Made by a program: the position numbers and the translations under genes. A stretch of 64,000 nucleotides of DNA from Takakia lepidozioides (lineage: Eukaryota; Plantae; Bryophyta): the NCBI GenBank assembly GCA_030704615.1, contig CM060732.1:72230001-72294000 (forward strand). The letters run 5' to 3'. Below are positions 11,261 through 23,532 of the stretch, in pieces. The number at the start of each line of letters is the position of its first letter. Positions within the stretch are counted from its first letter, which is position 1. A model generated the notes under the pieces. That model made no database searches, was not told the origin of the DNA, and worked only from the letters and a program-made list of their open reading frames with translations.

Positions 11261-12684
11261 TTATATACAGATTGATATGGTATCTAGCCTGCCCCAGGGG
11301 GAATACTGCGGAGCAATCAGCGAGGCAGACAAGCCTGAATCCTGTCTCTTAGGAGAATGTTCAATTGCATCTGGGGGATCGCAGTCAGGAGCAATGCGTT
11401 GTGGCATCTGGTTCCTGGATGAAACATACCCACCATAGATGTAGGAAACAAAGCCCCAAAGAGCGAGCACCATGCACATAGCTTTGATACCCCCGAACTT
11501 GTCGTGGAAGAAAATGACAGCCAACAGAGACAGGAGCGGGATTATAGCTGCTGCGAGCACCGCCGCACACAGCGACGAGATGAGGAAGATGACTCCAATT
11601 GTACCCACCAGCGCAACCTCCCAACCCACTGCGCCCCCAACTACGGTCATGTAGTACACTATCTCCCCTCCCTAAAATGTTTTCGCTTCTCGTAGCATCG
11701 CTGGAAAGTCACCTGTGAAACACATCCCAATACTGACAAACAAAGTAGCAAAGAGTCCTACCATGGTCTGTATTTCGAGCGCAAGCCATAGTGAAGTGTT
11801 CTCCCGGTGGAATTTGCGAAGAACAAGCTCCTGCAAAGGAAGAACTAACCCGTAGAGAGCCGACGTTGCGATCATCGTTGCAAAGCCCACTACATACTGT
11901 GTCGGAGACACTCCAGGGGGTTTGTCAGACGCCGAATCGAGACCCAAAACAATGGCACTTGAGGTAACGACCAGTATTGAGTTATAAGTGGAAGCATTGA
12001 TCTTTTCACCCACCAAAGCATATGCGAAGATTGCATTGAAGACAAGATGACTGGAACTCAGAACTGCCGTCGTTGACACTAACAAGTATGACATTCCCCA
12101 AGAGTAGAAGAGATTGTCGACTCCAAAGACGAAACCGAGGGCTACATAGATCCCCATAAGCTTCAAACTTTTGAGGTGCGTCGGCCAGATCCCCTCCCGA
12201 CAATAGAGTGCGACAAGAACTACTCCTCCAAGCGGCCATGTCGCTGTGACAATCGCGGAATAAAGCCATAGCCTCGAACCGCCTCCCACAAAGTAGAATC
12301 GGCCCAAAAGGGTTGCAACAGCCGTCCCCGAGACTAGCGCCAGTGAACTCAGGGCTACCAGCAACCACTGCAGCCAAGTTCTCCCTCCAAGCCATTGTTC
12401 GAGTTTAGTAATGAATGATTTTAGCCTTTTGGATAGGTTCTGTGGGTTAACTTGCTCTGATCCAGCTTGGCCTGTAAACAAATCTGGTTGGAAGCATTAC
12501 TTATCACGTTAGATATCAGTGAAAATCAAAATGTAGGACACAATGGTAAAGAAGTTAAGAGGATATACTTAAGGCATGCATAAGAGACTCAAGGTTAATC
12601 GTCCTCACCTTCCTCCTCTGCTGACTTCGCTGGGATGTTCACTGGTATCATTGTTGGACACCCAGCTTCCATATTGTTGGACAT
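11261..12684 (-). pseudogene. PUP: Purine permease (PUP family) with one in-frame premature stop
   Basis: Exon 1 12684-12609 (MSNNMEAG..), phase-1 GT-AG intron, exon 2 from 12471. Motifs LLGRFYFVGGGSRLW, DNLFYSWG.SYL.VST, FNAIF, FFHDKF.G.K...LALWGF.SY.YG. TAG at 11674-11672 is in frame with the downstream GGEIVYYM. Confidence 0.85.
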
Positions 12685-13416
12685 CTCTGATCTCAAGAGG
12701 TGCTAGTTACTAAATGCAGAGTTGAATTTGGATGTACGAAATAAAGATCAGCTCTAATTCCAAGCTCAGACCACTCAGTACAACATCTGCACAGACCGAC
12801 CCCCATTCATACAGTCAAATGATCGTGGATTACTAAACTCTAGAGTATACCAAGTAAAAGAACGGAGAAACTGAGATCGGACAACAGACAAGCTGTATGT
12901 TCACCGGGTCTTTTTCAGTGGTCATTAAAGATATGTGTTGCAGCTTGATTTGTGGGCAGAGATTTTTGTGATTTTAGTGATTTAGTAGAGATTTTAGTGA
13001 TGATGAACTAGGAAACACTCGTCTATTGTCCTTTGTGTGTGGACTCGGCTCTTTCAACCTAAATAATAAGAAGTCTCGAGCGCTATAATTACACTAATTC
13101 TAGAGCCCTTTGAATCTGAATTTGGTGTCTCTGGCCCTCATTCTTATAAGATTCCACTATTGTAACTTTCTCCTTTTTGTTTCCTCTCTTTCTCAGATCA
13201 TTCAGGAACATAGGACACGGTCGGAGTGATAGATGGCTGCTGCCAACACATAAGTGTACCAGATCACAAGGACGGGCCTGCCAAGCAACAAGCAGCCCAC
13301 AATAGAGCTGTGCACTGATCACCACAAGTCTCAACTATGACCTTTAAGTCTGAAGCCACGTTTACTACTTCCACCCTTTAACAACTGCAAGCTCCCCAAA
13401 TATTGTCCACAAACAA

Positions 13417-13590
13417 CCAGCATTAGCCCAGTGGTAATGGGCACATACCACATTGGATGTGGTTGTGGGTTCAAACCATGGTCTGGTGTGTCATGAAGGT
13501 GTCCGTCCACCTTTCAGCTGGAAGGCAGTAGCCCTTGTGGTGAAGAGACACCATAGTTTACGCTCCTTTCGAGAGGCGTCTATATATATA
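13417..13590 (+). mobile_element. tRNA-derived SINE (second family), copy 1
   Basis: A box TAGCCCAGTGG, B box GGTTCAAACC; homologous to 63892-64000. Confidence 0.65.
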
Positions 13591-13836
13591 TCCCCACAGA
13601 AAAAATGGAAATTATGTACATGGCAGATGAGACAAATCTCGGTTTTATGACGTCCATGTTATGTGAATCTATAAGAAAAACGGTTTGGACAAATTGTAGA
13701 ACTGTTACTCGAGAAGCATGTCGGAATAATATTGTACCACTTTGCAAGTCATGTACAATCTCATGTGTACACTAGTTGATGTAATTTGGTTATTCGATAC
13801 CAATTGTTCCAAACACCATGATATTTCACTTGACAT

Positions 13837-15216
13837 TGTTGGAGATCCCCCTCGCTGTGATCAGCATGGTCAAGTAGGATTAACTTTTAGACGTTACTAC
13901 TAGGTTTAGTATTTACGAAGCATTGACGTAACTTAGCAGTTACATAGGAAAGCCATCGTAGTGGTGAGCAATTAGTCTTAGTGATCAATGATGACCACTA
14001 TGCTGCCGGCCCACTCTCTAGGCTTGATCATCCAAGGGAGTTGGACTTTCCCTAAGAGCCATTTAGGACTCCAGTATATAGTGAGCTCTTAAGAAATTGG
14101 AAGACAGACTTTTTGACAGTAAGCTTTCCATACTTCATCCACATTATGGTTGAGAGCAGGTCACTAGTGGGGGACCCTTGGATGTTAGGACTCTGGATAG
14201 CACTTTTACTCGGTGACAATAACATTGTCTTAACTCAGTAGTATTTCTGAGACTATTGGCCCACATGGAAAGCAGTGTATCAGAGGCCTCCAAGCCATGT
14301 AGACATTCCAACTACAATACATGGAAGTTCTGTGTTTCCAGCTTGTTACAAAGGGATGAACTAGCAGACATCGTAGAGCCAGCTAATGTTGAGGGGCAAT
14401 TCCAAAAGAAAGAAGGAGAGTCTGCCGCTGACTACAAACGTAGGTGGAAGAAAGCATTGGCAATAATCGGTCTCTCTTTGCGAGATGAAATTATTCCACA
14501 CATTGTCGGGATCACAGATCTAGCCCTCATGTGACAGCTTTAAAGGACCTTCATGAATAGAAAAATGGAGCGCGTCGTCTATTGCTCAAGAGCCACCTCA
14601 CCAACATGACTCGAGAACTACGGATCAGTCACAGACTTCATCAGCTCAAGGAGATTATCAACCAGCTAGCCAACATCAGAAAACATGTCCATGAAGAGGA
14701 CTTGGTGGAGCAGATTCTGAACTCTCTATCTGAGAGCTTGGAATCCCTGGCCGCATACACCTTAATCTACCGACCTAAACTTCCAACGCTCAATGAACCG
14801 ATTGTTACTCTTCTGTTAGATGAAGCCAAGCGAGATTCGGGAGACTCATGGAAAAAAAATCCGACCCTAAGGAATTGCTAATCAAGTCTAGATTATTCGC
14901 AAAGAACAAGAGCCAGCCCACTGACAACAAATATCGAAAGGGGACCACTGTCAAAAGTAAGGAGAGCTGCAACTTCGGCGGCAAACTTGATCATTGGATG
15001 CTCAATTGTGTCAAATTATCAAATGAGATCAAGCGTCGCATTGCCAAACATCTCAAATTTTGTCAACATCATTGAAGACAGCAACGATGAGGAGATCGAT
15101 AATTTTCAGGAATGCAATTAATGACGCCCCCACTAATGATTTCGCTGCAGATATCCTTGAGACCAATGTAGCCAGGAGTACCGTGACGCCTTTGATTGGT
15201 ATGTGGATAGCGGGGC
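13837..15216 (+). mobile_element. Ty1/copia 5' remnant (LTR, PBS, gag, start of protease)
   Basis: TG..CA LTR 13837-14143; degenerate Met PBS TGGTTGAGAGC at 14147; gag SNYNTWK..KALAIIGLSL; decayed knuckle CNFGGKLDHWMLNC; protease WYVDSG at 15197-15216 cut by the next element. Confidence 0.8.
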
Positions 15217-16221
15217 TGTCAAGTTATTTTACCACTAGTGTGAAACTAGCTAGGAAATAGCTAGCTTTTACATATTGACATTTGGGATTGGCCCAAGTGT
15301 CAATCCAGGGGTCAAGGCAGATTTAGGCCCTGGAGTGGTTATCTTCACGGCAAGCGCGGGAGGCTCATCTTTCTCGAGTTGAGCCTCACCGCGCCTAGCT
15401 ATGGCGCCGTAGTGTGGATTCCCCATGGCGTGGGGTGCACTTGGCTTGACTTGTATTTGAGTGATGAGGTTATATATGCATGAGTTTATGCTTCAGATTT
15501 GTGAGCTCGTGCTTGTATTCTTCTTCTTTATCACTCGAGAAAGATGAGCTCGTATCTGTGAGTGCCAGATACGAGTTAGTTGTAGCACTTGTGGTTTTTG
15601 CTTGAGAATGAGAGAAACCAAGTTGTTATGCAAGGAGCACCGTGGAGCTCTTGGTTGTTAGAAGCGGAGGCGATGTGGGTTACGAGGTGGTAGACCTTGG
15701 CATTCGATCTTCAGCTTCAGAGATGAAAGCACCATGCTGCAGGTAATTCCAGAGCACCTTGATGGTTTCAGATTGTGTACATGCATGAGCAAGCACGATT
15801 GGGAAGAGGACCAGTCAAGAGCAGGTTATAGTGGCTTTGGTGGCAAAGCTGAGAACTGGACTTGGGAATGCGAGCTTTCATTGTGTGAAGGATTGCAAGA
15901 CCAAGCGAAAGGGCTGATTTGGCTTGGGGCAAATCAGTGCACTTTGTGGAGTATGGTGAGATTGGGTTTCAATCTCGAGCTTCAGCATTGAGAGGGCTCT
16001 TGTCATGGCGAGAGCAGGGCTGGAACAGGAGCTAAGAGGTGCGGCAAGGCCATGGAATGTGCACCTAGGGTTTTAGAGCTTGGAAGAAGAGCTCTTGCAC
16101 CACAAGAGAAGTGTCTTGTGGCTGGAAATGTAAGCCTTAGGGTTTCAGGAGCTTGGCAAAGGCTGTGGAGTGCTTAGTCTTGTCTTAGAGAGCATCAAGG
16201 AGCCAAGGAGCCAAGATAGGG

Positions 16222-16505
16222 GGCTGATATCTCTTGTGTGAAGAGGTTGCATGTGTGGAGCATGTATTCAGCTCATTGAAGCTTCCATCTTCAAGCTTGG
16301 AGGGCAAGCAAGGAAGTGGGAAGGGCTGACTTCTCTTATGTGAGGGCAATGCATGTGTGGAGCATGCTATCAGCCTGATGAAGGCTTGCACTTTCAGGTT
16401 TGTGGGTGCAAGAAATGAAGCAAAGGAGCTGATTCTCTTATGGTGAGAGTGGGGCATGTGTGGAGCATGCCTTCAGCCCATTGAGGCTCTTGTTTTCAAG
16501 CTTTA
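16222..16505. repeat. Three degenerate ~102-bp tandem units
   Basis: Core GCATGTGTGGAGCATG at 16249, 16351 and 16454. Confidence 0.8.
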
Positions 16506-16977
16506 GAGAGCTAGAACGGAAGGTCTAGGGCTGGTTTCCACTTGGAGTGAAAGAAAAGCACTTGTAGGGCCTATGTGAGTTGGGGTTTCAACTTCAAGCT
16601 TGAAGGGAGCGCAACTCTTGAAGCAACAGGTGTAGGGGGCTGGAATAGCTCTAAGACAGATGTTATGGCCAAGGAGAGTGCTTGAATGAGTGCTCACAAG
16701 GGCTGGGAACCAGCAGGGCTTGGTTGTTTGCCATTGAGTTTAGTGGCGTGTTTGGGGAGGCTAAGTGAGAAAGAAGGCTTGGTTTGTGGCAACCACCTCA
16801 TGGCTTAGGGCTACTATGGTGGTGTGTGGGAGCCGAAAGAGCAAGAATATCTTGTTGATTTCCTCACAGCCGCCATAGCTCGGTGGAAAGAAGCCTAGAG
16901 TCCAAGAGACACAAACCCTAGCTTGGCGTGGCTAAACCCCTTGGAGAAATGGCTAAACTGCCAGAGCGGCCATGGAT

Positions 16978-19325
16978 GGGGCTGTGACGGGCTGTGCCTG
17001 AGGCCTTTGGGGCTGTGTCAGGCCGTGCCTGAGGCCTGTGGGGCTGTGACGGGCTGTGAGGGGCTGTGTCAGGCCGTGCCTGAGGCCTGTGGGGCTGTGA
17101 CGGGCTGTGAGGGGTTGTGACAGGCTGTGCCCAGTGGCCTGTGGGGCTGTGACGGGCTGTGGCGGGCTGTGCCTGAGGCCTGTGGGGCTGTGACGGGCTG
17201 TGACGGGCTGTGCCCAGTGGCCTGTGGGGCTGTGACGGGTTGTGCGGGGCTGTGACAGGCTGTGCCTAGTGGCCTGTGGGGCTGTGACGGGCTGTGCGGG
17301 GCTGTGACAGGCTGTGCCCAGTGGCCTGTGGGGCTGTGACGGGCTGTGACAGGCTGTGCCCATGGCCTTTGGGGCTGTGATGGGCTGTGAGGGGCTGTGA
17401 CAGGCCGTGCCTGAGGCCTTTGGGGCTGTGACGGGCTGTGAGGGGCTGTGACAGGCCGTGCCTGAGGCCTTTGGGGCTGTGACGGGCTGTGAGGGGCTGT
17501 GTCAGGCCGTGCCTGAGGCCTTTGGGGCTGTGAGGGGCTGTGTCAGGCTGCGCTGGTGGCCTTCAGGGCTGTGATGGGCTGTGACGGGCTGCGCCAGTGG
17601 CCTTCGGGGCTGTGACGGGCTATGAGGGCCTGTGCCGGTGGCCTTCGGGGTCGTGACGGGCCGTGAGGGCCTGTGACGGGCTACGCCGGTGGCCTTGGGG
17701 GCTGTGAGGGGCTGTGACAGGCCGTGCCTGAGGCCTTTGGGGCTGTGACGGGCTGTGAGGGGCTGTGTCAGGCCGTGCGTGAGGCCTGTGGGGCTGTGAC
17801 GGGCTGTGACGGGCTGGGACAGGCTGTGTCCGTGGCCTTTGGGGCTGTTAGGGGCTGTGACAGGCTGTGCCCAGTGGCCTGTGGGGCTGTGACGGGCTGT
17901 GCGGGGCTGTGACAGGCTGTGCCCAGTGGCCTGTGGGGCTGTGACGGGCTGTGACGGGCTGTGCCCGTGGCCTTTGGGGCTGTGAGGGGCTGTGACAGGC
18001 TGTACCCATGGCCTTTGGGGCTGTGACGGGCTGTGTCAGGCTGTGCCTGAGGCCTTTGGGGCTGTGAGGGGCTGTGACAGGCTGTGCCCAGTGGCCTGTG
18101 GGGCTGTGATGGGCTGTGCGGGGCTGTGACAGGCTGTGCCCAGTGGCCTGTGGGGCTGTGACGGGCTGTGACATGCCATGCCTGAGGCCTTTGGGGCTGT
18201 GACGGGCTGTGAGGGCTGTGTCAGGCCGTGCCTGAGGCCTTTGGGGCTGTGAGGGGCTGTGCCGGGCTGCGCCGGTGGCCTTCGGGGCTGTGAGGGGCTG
18301 TGAGGGGCTGTGACAGGCTGTGCCCGTGGCCTTTGGGGCTGTGAGGGGCTGTGACAAGCCGTGCCTGAGGCCTTTGGGGCTGTGACTGGCTGTGCCCAGT
18401 GGCCTGTGGGGCTGTGACGGGCTGTGACAGGCTCTGCCCATGGCCTTTGGGGCTGTGATGGGCTGTGAGGGGCTGTGACAGGCCATGCCTGAGGCCTGTG
18501 GGGCTGTGACGGGCTGTGAGGGGCTGTGACAGGCTGTGCCCAGTGGCCTGTGGGCCTGTGACGGGCTGTGCGGGGCTGTGACAGGCTGTGCCCATGGCCT
18601 TTGGGGCTGTGATGGGCTGTGAGGGGCTGTGACAGGCCGTGCCTGAGGCCTTTGAGGCTGTGATGGGCTGTGAGGGGCTGTGACAGGCTGTGCCCATGGC
18701 CTTTGGGGCTGTGATGGGCTGTGAGGGGCTGTGACAGGCCGTGCCTGAGGCCTTTGAGGCTGTGACGGACTGTGAGGGGCTGTGACAGGCTGTGCCCATG
18801 GCCTTTGGGGCTGTGATGGGTTGTGAGGGGCTGTGACAGGCCGTGCCTGAGGCCTTTGAGGCTGTGATGGGCTGTGAGGGGCTGTGACGGGCTGTGAGGG
18901 GCTGTAACAGGCTGTGCCCAGTGGCCTGTGGGGCTGTGAGGGGCTGTGACGGGCTGTGCCCATGGCCTTTGGGGCTGTGAGGGGCTGTGAGGGGCTGTGA
19001 CAAGCCGTGCCTGAGGCCTTTGGGGCTGTGAGGGGCTGTGAGGGGCTGTGTCAGGCCGTGCTTGAGGCCTGTGGGGCTGTGACGGGCTGTGACAGGCTGT
19101 GAGGGGCTGTGAGGGGCTGTGGCGAGCTGTGATGGGCTGTGAGGGGCTGTGAGGGGCTGTGGCGAGCTGTGACGGGCTGTGAGGGGCTGTGACAGGCTGT
19201 GCCCAGTGGCCTGTGGGGCCGTGACGGGCTGTGCGGGGCTGTGATAGGCTGTGTGGGGCTGTGACGGGCTATGAGGGGCTGTGACAGGCTGTGCCAGTGG
19301 CCTGTGGGACTGTGACGGCTGTGAC
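16978..19325. repeat. G-rich ~10-bp-unit satellite (GGGGCTGTGA variants) with 40-50-bp higher-order units
   Basis: Continuous GGGGCTGTGA / CGGGCTGTGA / CAGGCTGTGC / CTGAGGCCTT / CCAGTGGCCT units over ~2.35 kb. Confidence 0.97.
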
Positions 19326-20062
19326 CAGTGAGCTGTGTGGGCCTGTGCTGGTCTGTGGTGGCCCGTGTTGAACTGTGGACGGCCTGTGCTGACTCGTGGA
19401 GGCACTGGTGGACTGCCTAAGGACTGGCATGTGGTCTGGAAGGCCGAATTTTGAAGCTCGTGGAGGGCGGTTTGAGGAGTATCTTCATGATATTCCCATG
19501 GTCATGCAAGTGAGGGAAGAGAGGAGAGGAAGAGTGTTGGGATGAGGGCATGCTGGGGTTAGGCATTGCTTTAGCTTCTCTTCCTCGTAGTTTCCACCCT
19601 CTCATTAGGCCAAGACCTTTCCGTAGGTGGAGGCAAGAGTCAGTCCGGGTTTGGGCTGGGGTGTCCTTGCAGGAGCAACACCGTGGAGTTGTTTTTGGTG
19701 TGGGGGAGTTATCGTTCTGATTTCTTGTGTTTAGATCCCCTCCATACCTGCATGCTTGACTGTGCGCCATGCTAGTTTTGTGTGGGCGCTTGTTTTTATA
19801 GGTGATTGGTCCGGATTTGATCACCGGCCAGTCCTAGGGCATGCTGTCGATGGTGAGGCTGGGGTGATGACCAGCCAGACCATCATTGTTTCTCCTGTGG
19901 TGAGGTTGGAGGTGATGACCAGCCAACCATAGGAGTGCTTGCGGTGGATGCAGGTACAGGTGTAGGCTATGTTAGGAACTTAGTATTCCAAACCATAAGC
20001 CGCAACAGGTTCTCTACCCGGTTACCTTGTGGAGAGGGGGTTAGGGACATGTTCATGACCGG

Positions 20063-22700
20063 TTGAGTGTCAACACGGAGGTGCCACTAGTTGCTGGGGA
20101 CAGTGCCGGTTCGAGCACTAGCAATACTAGTGGGTACACGAGACGAGGTGTGCGGTTTAGGCCACCTTCACCTCCTGTGTCTTCTACGGAAGGTTCTGAT
20201 TCGGATTGTGAATCAGGAGGACTCATACCGGCGGTGCAAGTTGTTTCTTTGCCATTGTTGTGGGACACAATGGAGGAGATGTATGAAGCTACCAAGGGGC
20301 CACGAAGGTACTCTGGTGCGGTGGGCACCATCGAGTTGGATGATTTTATCCAAGAGTTTGATAGTTGGTGTGATTTGCAGCAAATGCGCAATCCACAACT
20401 ATTTACGCCTTTCATGGCATGGAAGGGGCTGTTTCAGCACCTTGAGGGGCCGCCTATGGATGATTACCATGAGTTCAAGCGGGGGCATGAGGTTGAGATC
20501 GAGGAGAGGAGGATGTACTGGTCACCCGACTATATCTCCATCACTAGGGGCACTAGAGCCACGAGGGCAGTGGCTACACCTGCCGCTGCACCGGCAGCTT
20601 CAGCAAGCAGCAGTGGGACTGGTGGTACAGTAGCTACGACGTCCACCCAAGCCACTACCGCACCAGCACTAGCACCCGTGCCTGCCTTCAACCCTGTTGT
20701 GGAGTTCTTCGAAGAGTTGAGAGGGAACTACCAAGGGGTGAGGACAGAGAAGTTGCGGAGCTTGCAAGAGTTCCAACGGAAGCCGACTGAGAGCTTGAAG
20801 GAGGCTTTCACTCGCATGAGGTGCTTGATAAATGTAACCCAAGGGGTTACGGAAGCTCAGGCAGTCCAATTCTGGTATGGGATATTGGACAAGGAGCTGA
20901 GGAGAAGGGTGCGGGATGCAACTCTCCTACAAGCGGCCCAACCCACCTTAGCAAATGTGTTTTTGCTGGCAGAGCGGATAGAGCTCAACATGGTGACGAG
21001 TGGTCATGGTGGGATTTGCTAAGGAGACACCACGGGGTGGTGGTGCTCCTAGCCAACCACTACCTCAACGTGCTCAAGGCAACAAGGGGGCTCAGGTGAA
21101 GCTCAGGGAAGGCCAGAGAGGACCTCAGATGCAGGGGTCTCTCCCTTCATTTGCTGGCCAACAACGGGCGGATGTGGTGTGCTGGACATGTGGAGGACCC
21201 CATGTCAAGAAGGATTGCCCAGAGGGAGGCAAAGGGCCGGCACATGCATAGCCTGCACAGTTGCAGTGTGGGCATTGTGGCAAGCACGGGCATGGAGAGG
21301 CCCAGTGTTATGGTTTGCATCCTGAGTTGCGCCCAGGCCAGTTCCGAGGGAACAATGGTGGCCGGGGGCAAGGTGGAGCAGCCTAGAGAGGACGAGGTGG
21401 CCAGCCACAAGGTGCAGGCCAAGGGCAAGCTCAACATGGCCAAGGACGCGAAGGTCAGGGTGTTGACCAAGACATGGCCAACCGGCTCCAGCAGCTAGAG
21501 CAGAGGCTCGCTGCCATGGCTACAGCTCAGGTGGTACCGGCTCTAAGGCCAGATGGTCCACCTCCTGCTCCTGAGGGAGGAGATATGGGAGGCATGGAAT
21601 TCATGTGTGGAGCAGCACTACCACTAGTGCGGGTGGAGTCTGTTGCAGCCGTGACTAGAGGAGCAGCACGAGTTCCTGAGCCACAAGGTGCAGAGGTGGA
21701 GTTGGATCCACAGCGTGGGGAGGCAAGCCGTCAGGCTAGGCTTCCTCAGTCATTCACATTGGCGGAGACAGTGTCGACGCCATCCATGGCACCTAGTTCT
21801 CGCCCGACTGTTACCGAGGCGGAGGTTACTATGCCATTGGGGAAAGCTACACGGGTAGCACCACTACCTAGTGTTGCCAAGGCTATGGCAGCTAGTGTGC
21901 TACTAGGAGCGGCCACATCTGTGTGCCAGGCTCCATTGTTCTCGGCTACCATGATTGCGACACCGGGGGTAAGACCAGCTGAGGTGTTCAGGCTGGCAGC
22001 TACACTATGTGAGAGTGGAGATGTTACTTCATCTTCTGCGGAGATAGTGGGAGGTGTAGTGCCGGAGGGATCCTCGGATTTGAGGGTCAAGACTGCCACG
22101 GCGGCGCCATGGCAAGCTGCAGCTGCCAGGTTGATGGAGCTGCCAGCTAGGCCAGCCATTGAGCGCGCCATGGTGACACCTGGAGTTGTCATGTTAGACA
22201 ACCAGGATGGCATTTTCTGTTTGAGTGGACCGGCAGGCAAGAGGTACCGGCCACTGCGGGTCTTGTTGGACTCGGGAGCTCAGCCGCTGATGCTGGGCAG
22301 AGCTGCTATTGCAGGCTTGGGCCTCACGGAGGCGGATATGGAGCCTTGTCCTTTCCAGATACAGACGTCTCTGGGAGGATCGGAGCAAGCTCGGGGCATG
22401 ACACGGCGTGAGTTGGCTGTCAGACTACGGCCGGATCACCCTACAGATGGCTCAGTGATGCGAGCCAAGGCCATTGTGACAGACGCGGTCTCATATGATG
22501 TCCTGGTTGGTGGGGCAGTATTGTACCCCATGGGCTTCACCCTGGATTTTTGGGAGGAGTCAGCTTCCTATAGGCCTGCATGGCAGTCAGGGGAGGGCCG
22601 CGCGTGTGCAGCTCCCTGTGACGTTCATAGGAGGAGTTGCGGTTGCCCAGCGAGGCAAGATGCCGACACTAGCAGCATTCACAGCGGCAGTGAGTTGGCC
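20063..22700 (+). pseudogene. Gag (two CCHC knuckles) and aspartic protease of the DNMT-bearing element
   Basis: Retrotrans-gag-like FQRKPTESLKEAFTR; CWTCGGPHVKKDC (~21178) and CGHCGKHGHGEAQC (~21267); protease VLLDSGAQ..DVLVG. Frameshift near 20995; in-frame TAG at 21249 and 21384. Confidence 0.85.
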
Positions 22701-22974
22701 TAGAAAGTTGCTTGAGGGCAATGCTCATTCAGAGGATGTACCACCTCCGGGAGAGCAGGATGACATGTATGGCGGAGTTGCCTACCATGGTTGCTCAGAC
22801 TCCATTGTGGGGCACGAGCAAGGATTTGCAGCGGGATGCTGATCGACGGGTGCAACAAGCCTGGGTGGAGGCTTTTGTACCGTCAGGAGAGGAGGAGAGT
22901 GTGGGGATTGCACCAGGACCACCTCAATTGTCTCCATTGGACACCACACCTATTGTGTGGCAGTATCCGGATGA

Positions 22975-23532
22975 AGGCATTTGTCTTCTGGACTTGTTTG
23001 GCGGGATCAGCACCGGATTGGCTGCTGTGTTACAAGCAGGTGTACGAGTTCAGCGTTACCTGTATGTGGAGAGGGATGAGACTGCACGACGCGTTTCACT
23101 TCGCCATGTTGCTCAGTTGGTGCAGCGGTACCCTGAGTTGTTGTCGGTGTCTGCAATTCGTGGATATCAGCAGGCCTTGCCAGCAGACATTTTGTTGCTG
23201 GGGGCGCAGGATTTGGAGCGGGTTGGCTCCATTGATCTGGTAGTGGCAGGTTGGCCCTGCCAAGGGCATTCATCAGCTGGGCATGGCAATGGATTGCGAG
23301 ACTCGAGGTCGGGTCTGTTTTGGGAGATGGTGCGGGTTTTGCGCCACTTGCAGCTTCATCAAGCTGTATCTCCAGCATACATCTTGGAGAATGTGCCACT
23401 GATGGGCGATTCTTGGGCCAGGGTGATGGCCAGTGTGCATCAAGTCCGGTCGTGGCTTGGGTCAGCAGTGTTGCTAGATGCAGCTACAGTGGGGTCACGG
23501 GCTTATCGTCCACGGCTATGGTGGACTAACCC
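22975..23532 (+). pseudogene. DNMT3-like DNA cytosine-5 methyltransferase domain within pol, truncated after motif VIII
   Basis: Motif I LDLFGGIS (~22988), II YVERD, IV IDLVVAGWPCQGHS (Cys codon 23258), GLRDSRSGLFWEMVRVL, VI ILENV (23387), VIII DAATVGSRAYRPRLWWTN (to 23530). Motifs are in non-permuted order. Confidence 0.92.

Larger units (their letters stand above)
15217..23532 (+). mobile_element. 3'-truncated Ty3/gypsy-like element: structured terminus, long repeat-rich leader, gag, protease, C5 DNA methyltransferase
   Basis: Starts TGTCAAG exactly inside the Copia DSGA codons. The first ~235 bp are homologous to 1112-1350. Coding part lies at 20063-23532; no RT/RH/INT remains in this copy. 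Confidence 0.85.

Noticed and set aside
16953-19405. Long Pro/Ser/His/Thr-rich ORFs (136, 371 and 394 aa) on the minus strand
   Set aside because: Translations of the satellite, open in overlapping frames only because the unit lacks stop codons.
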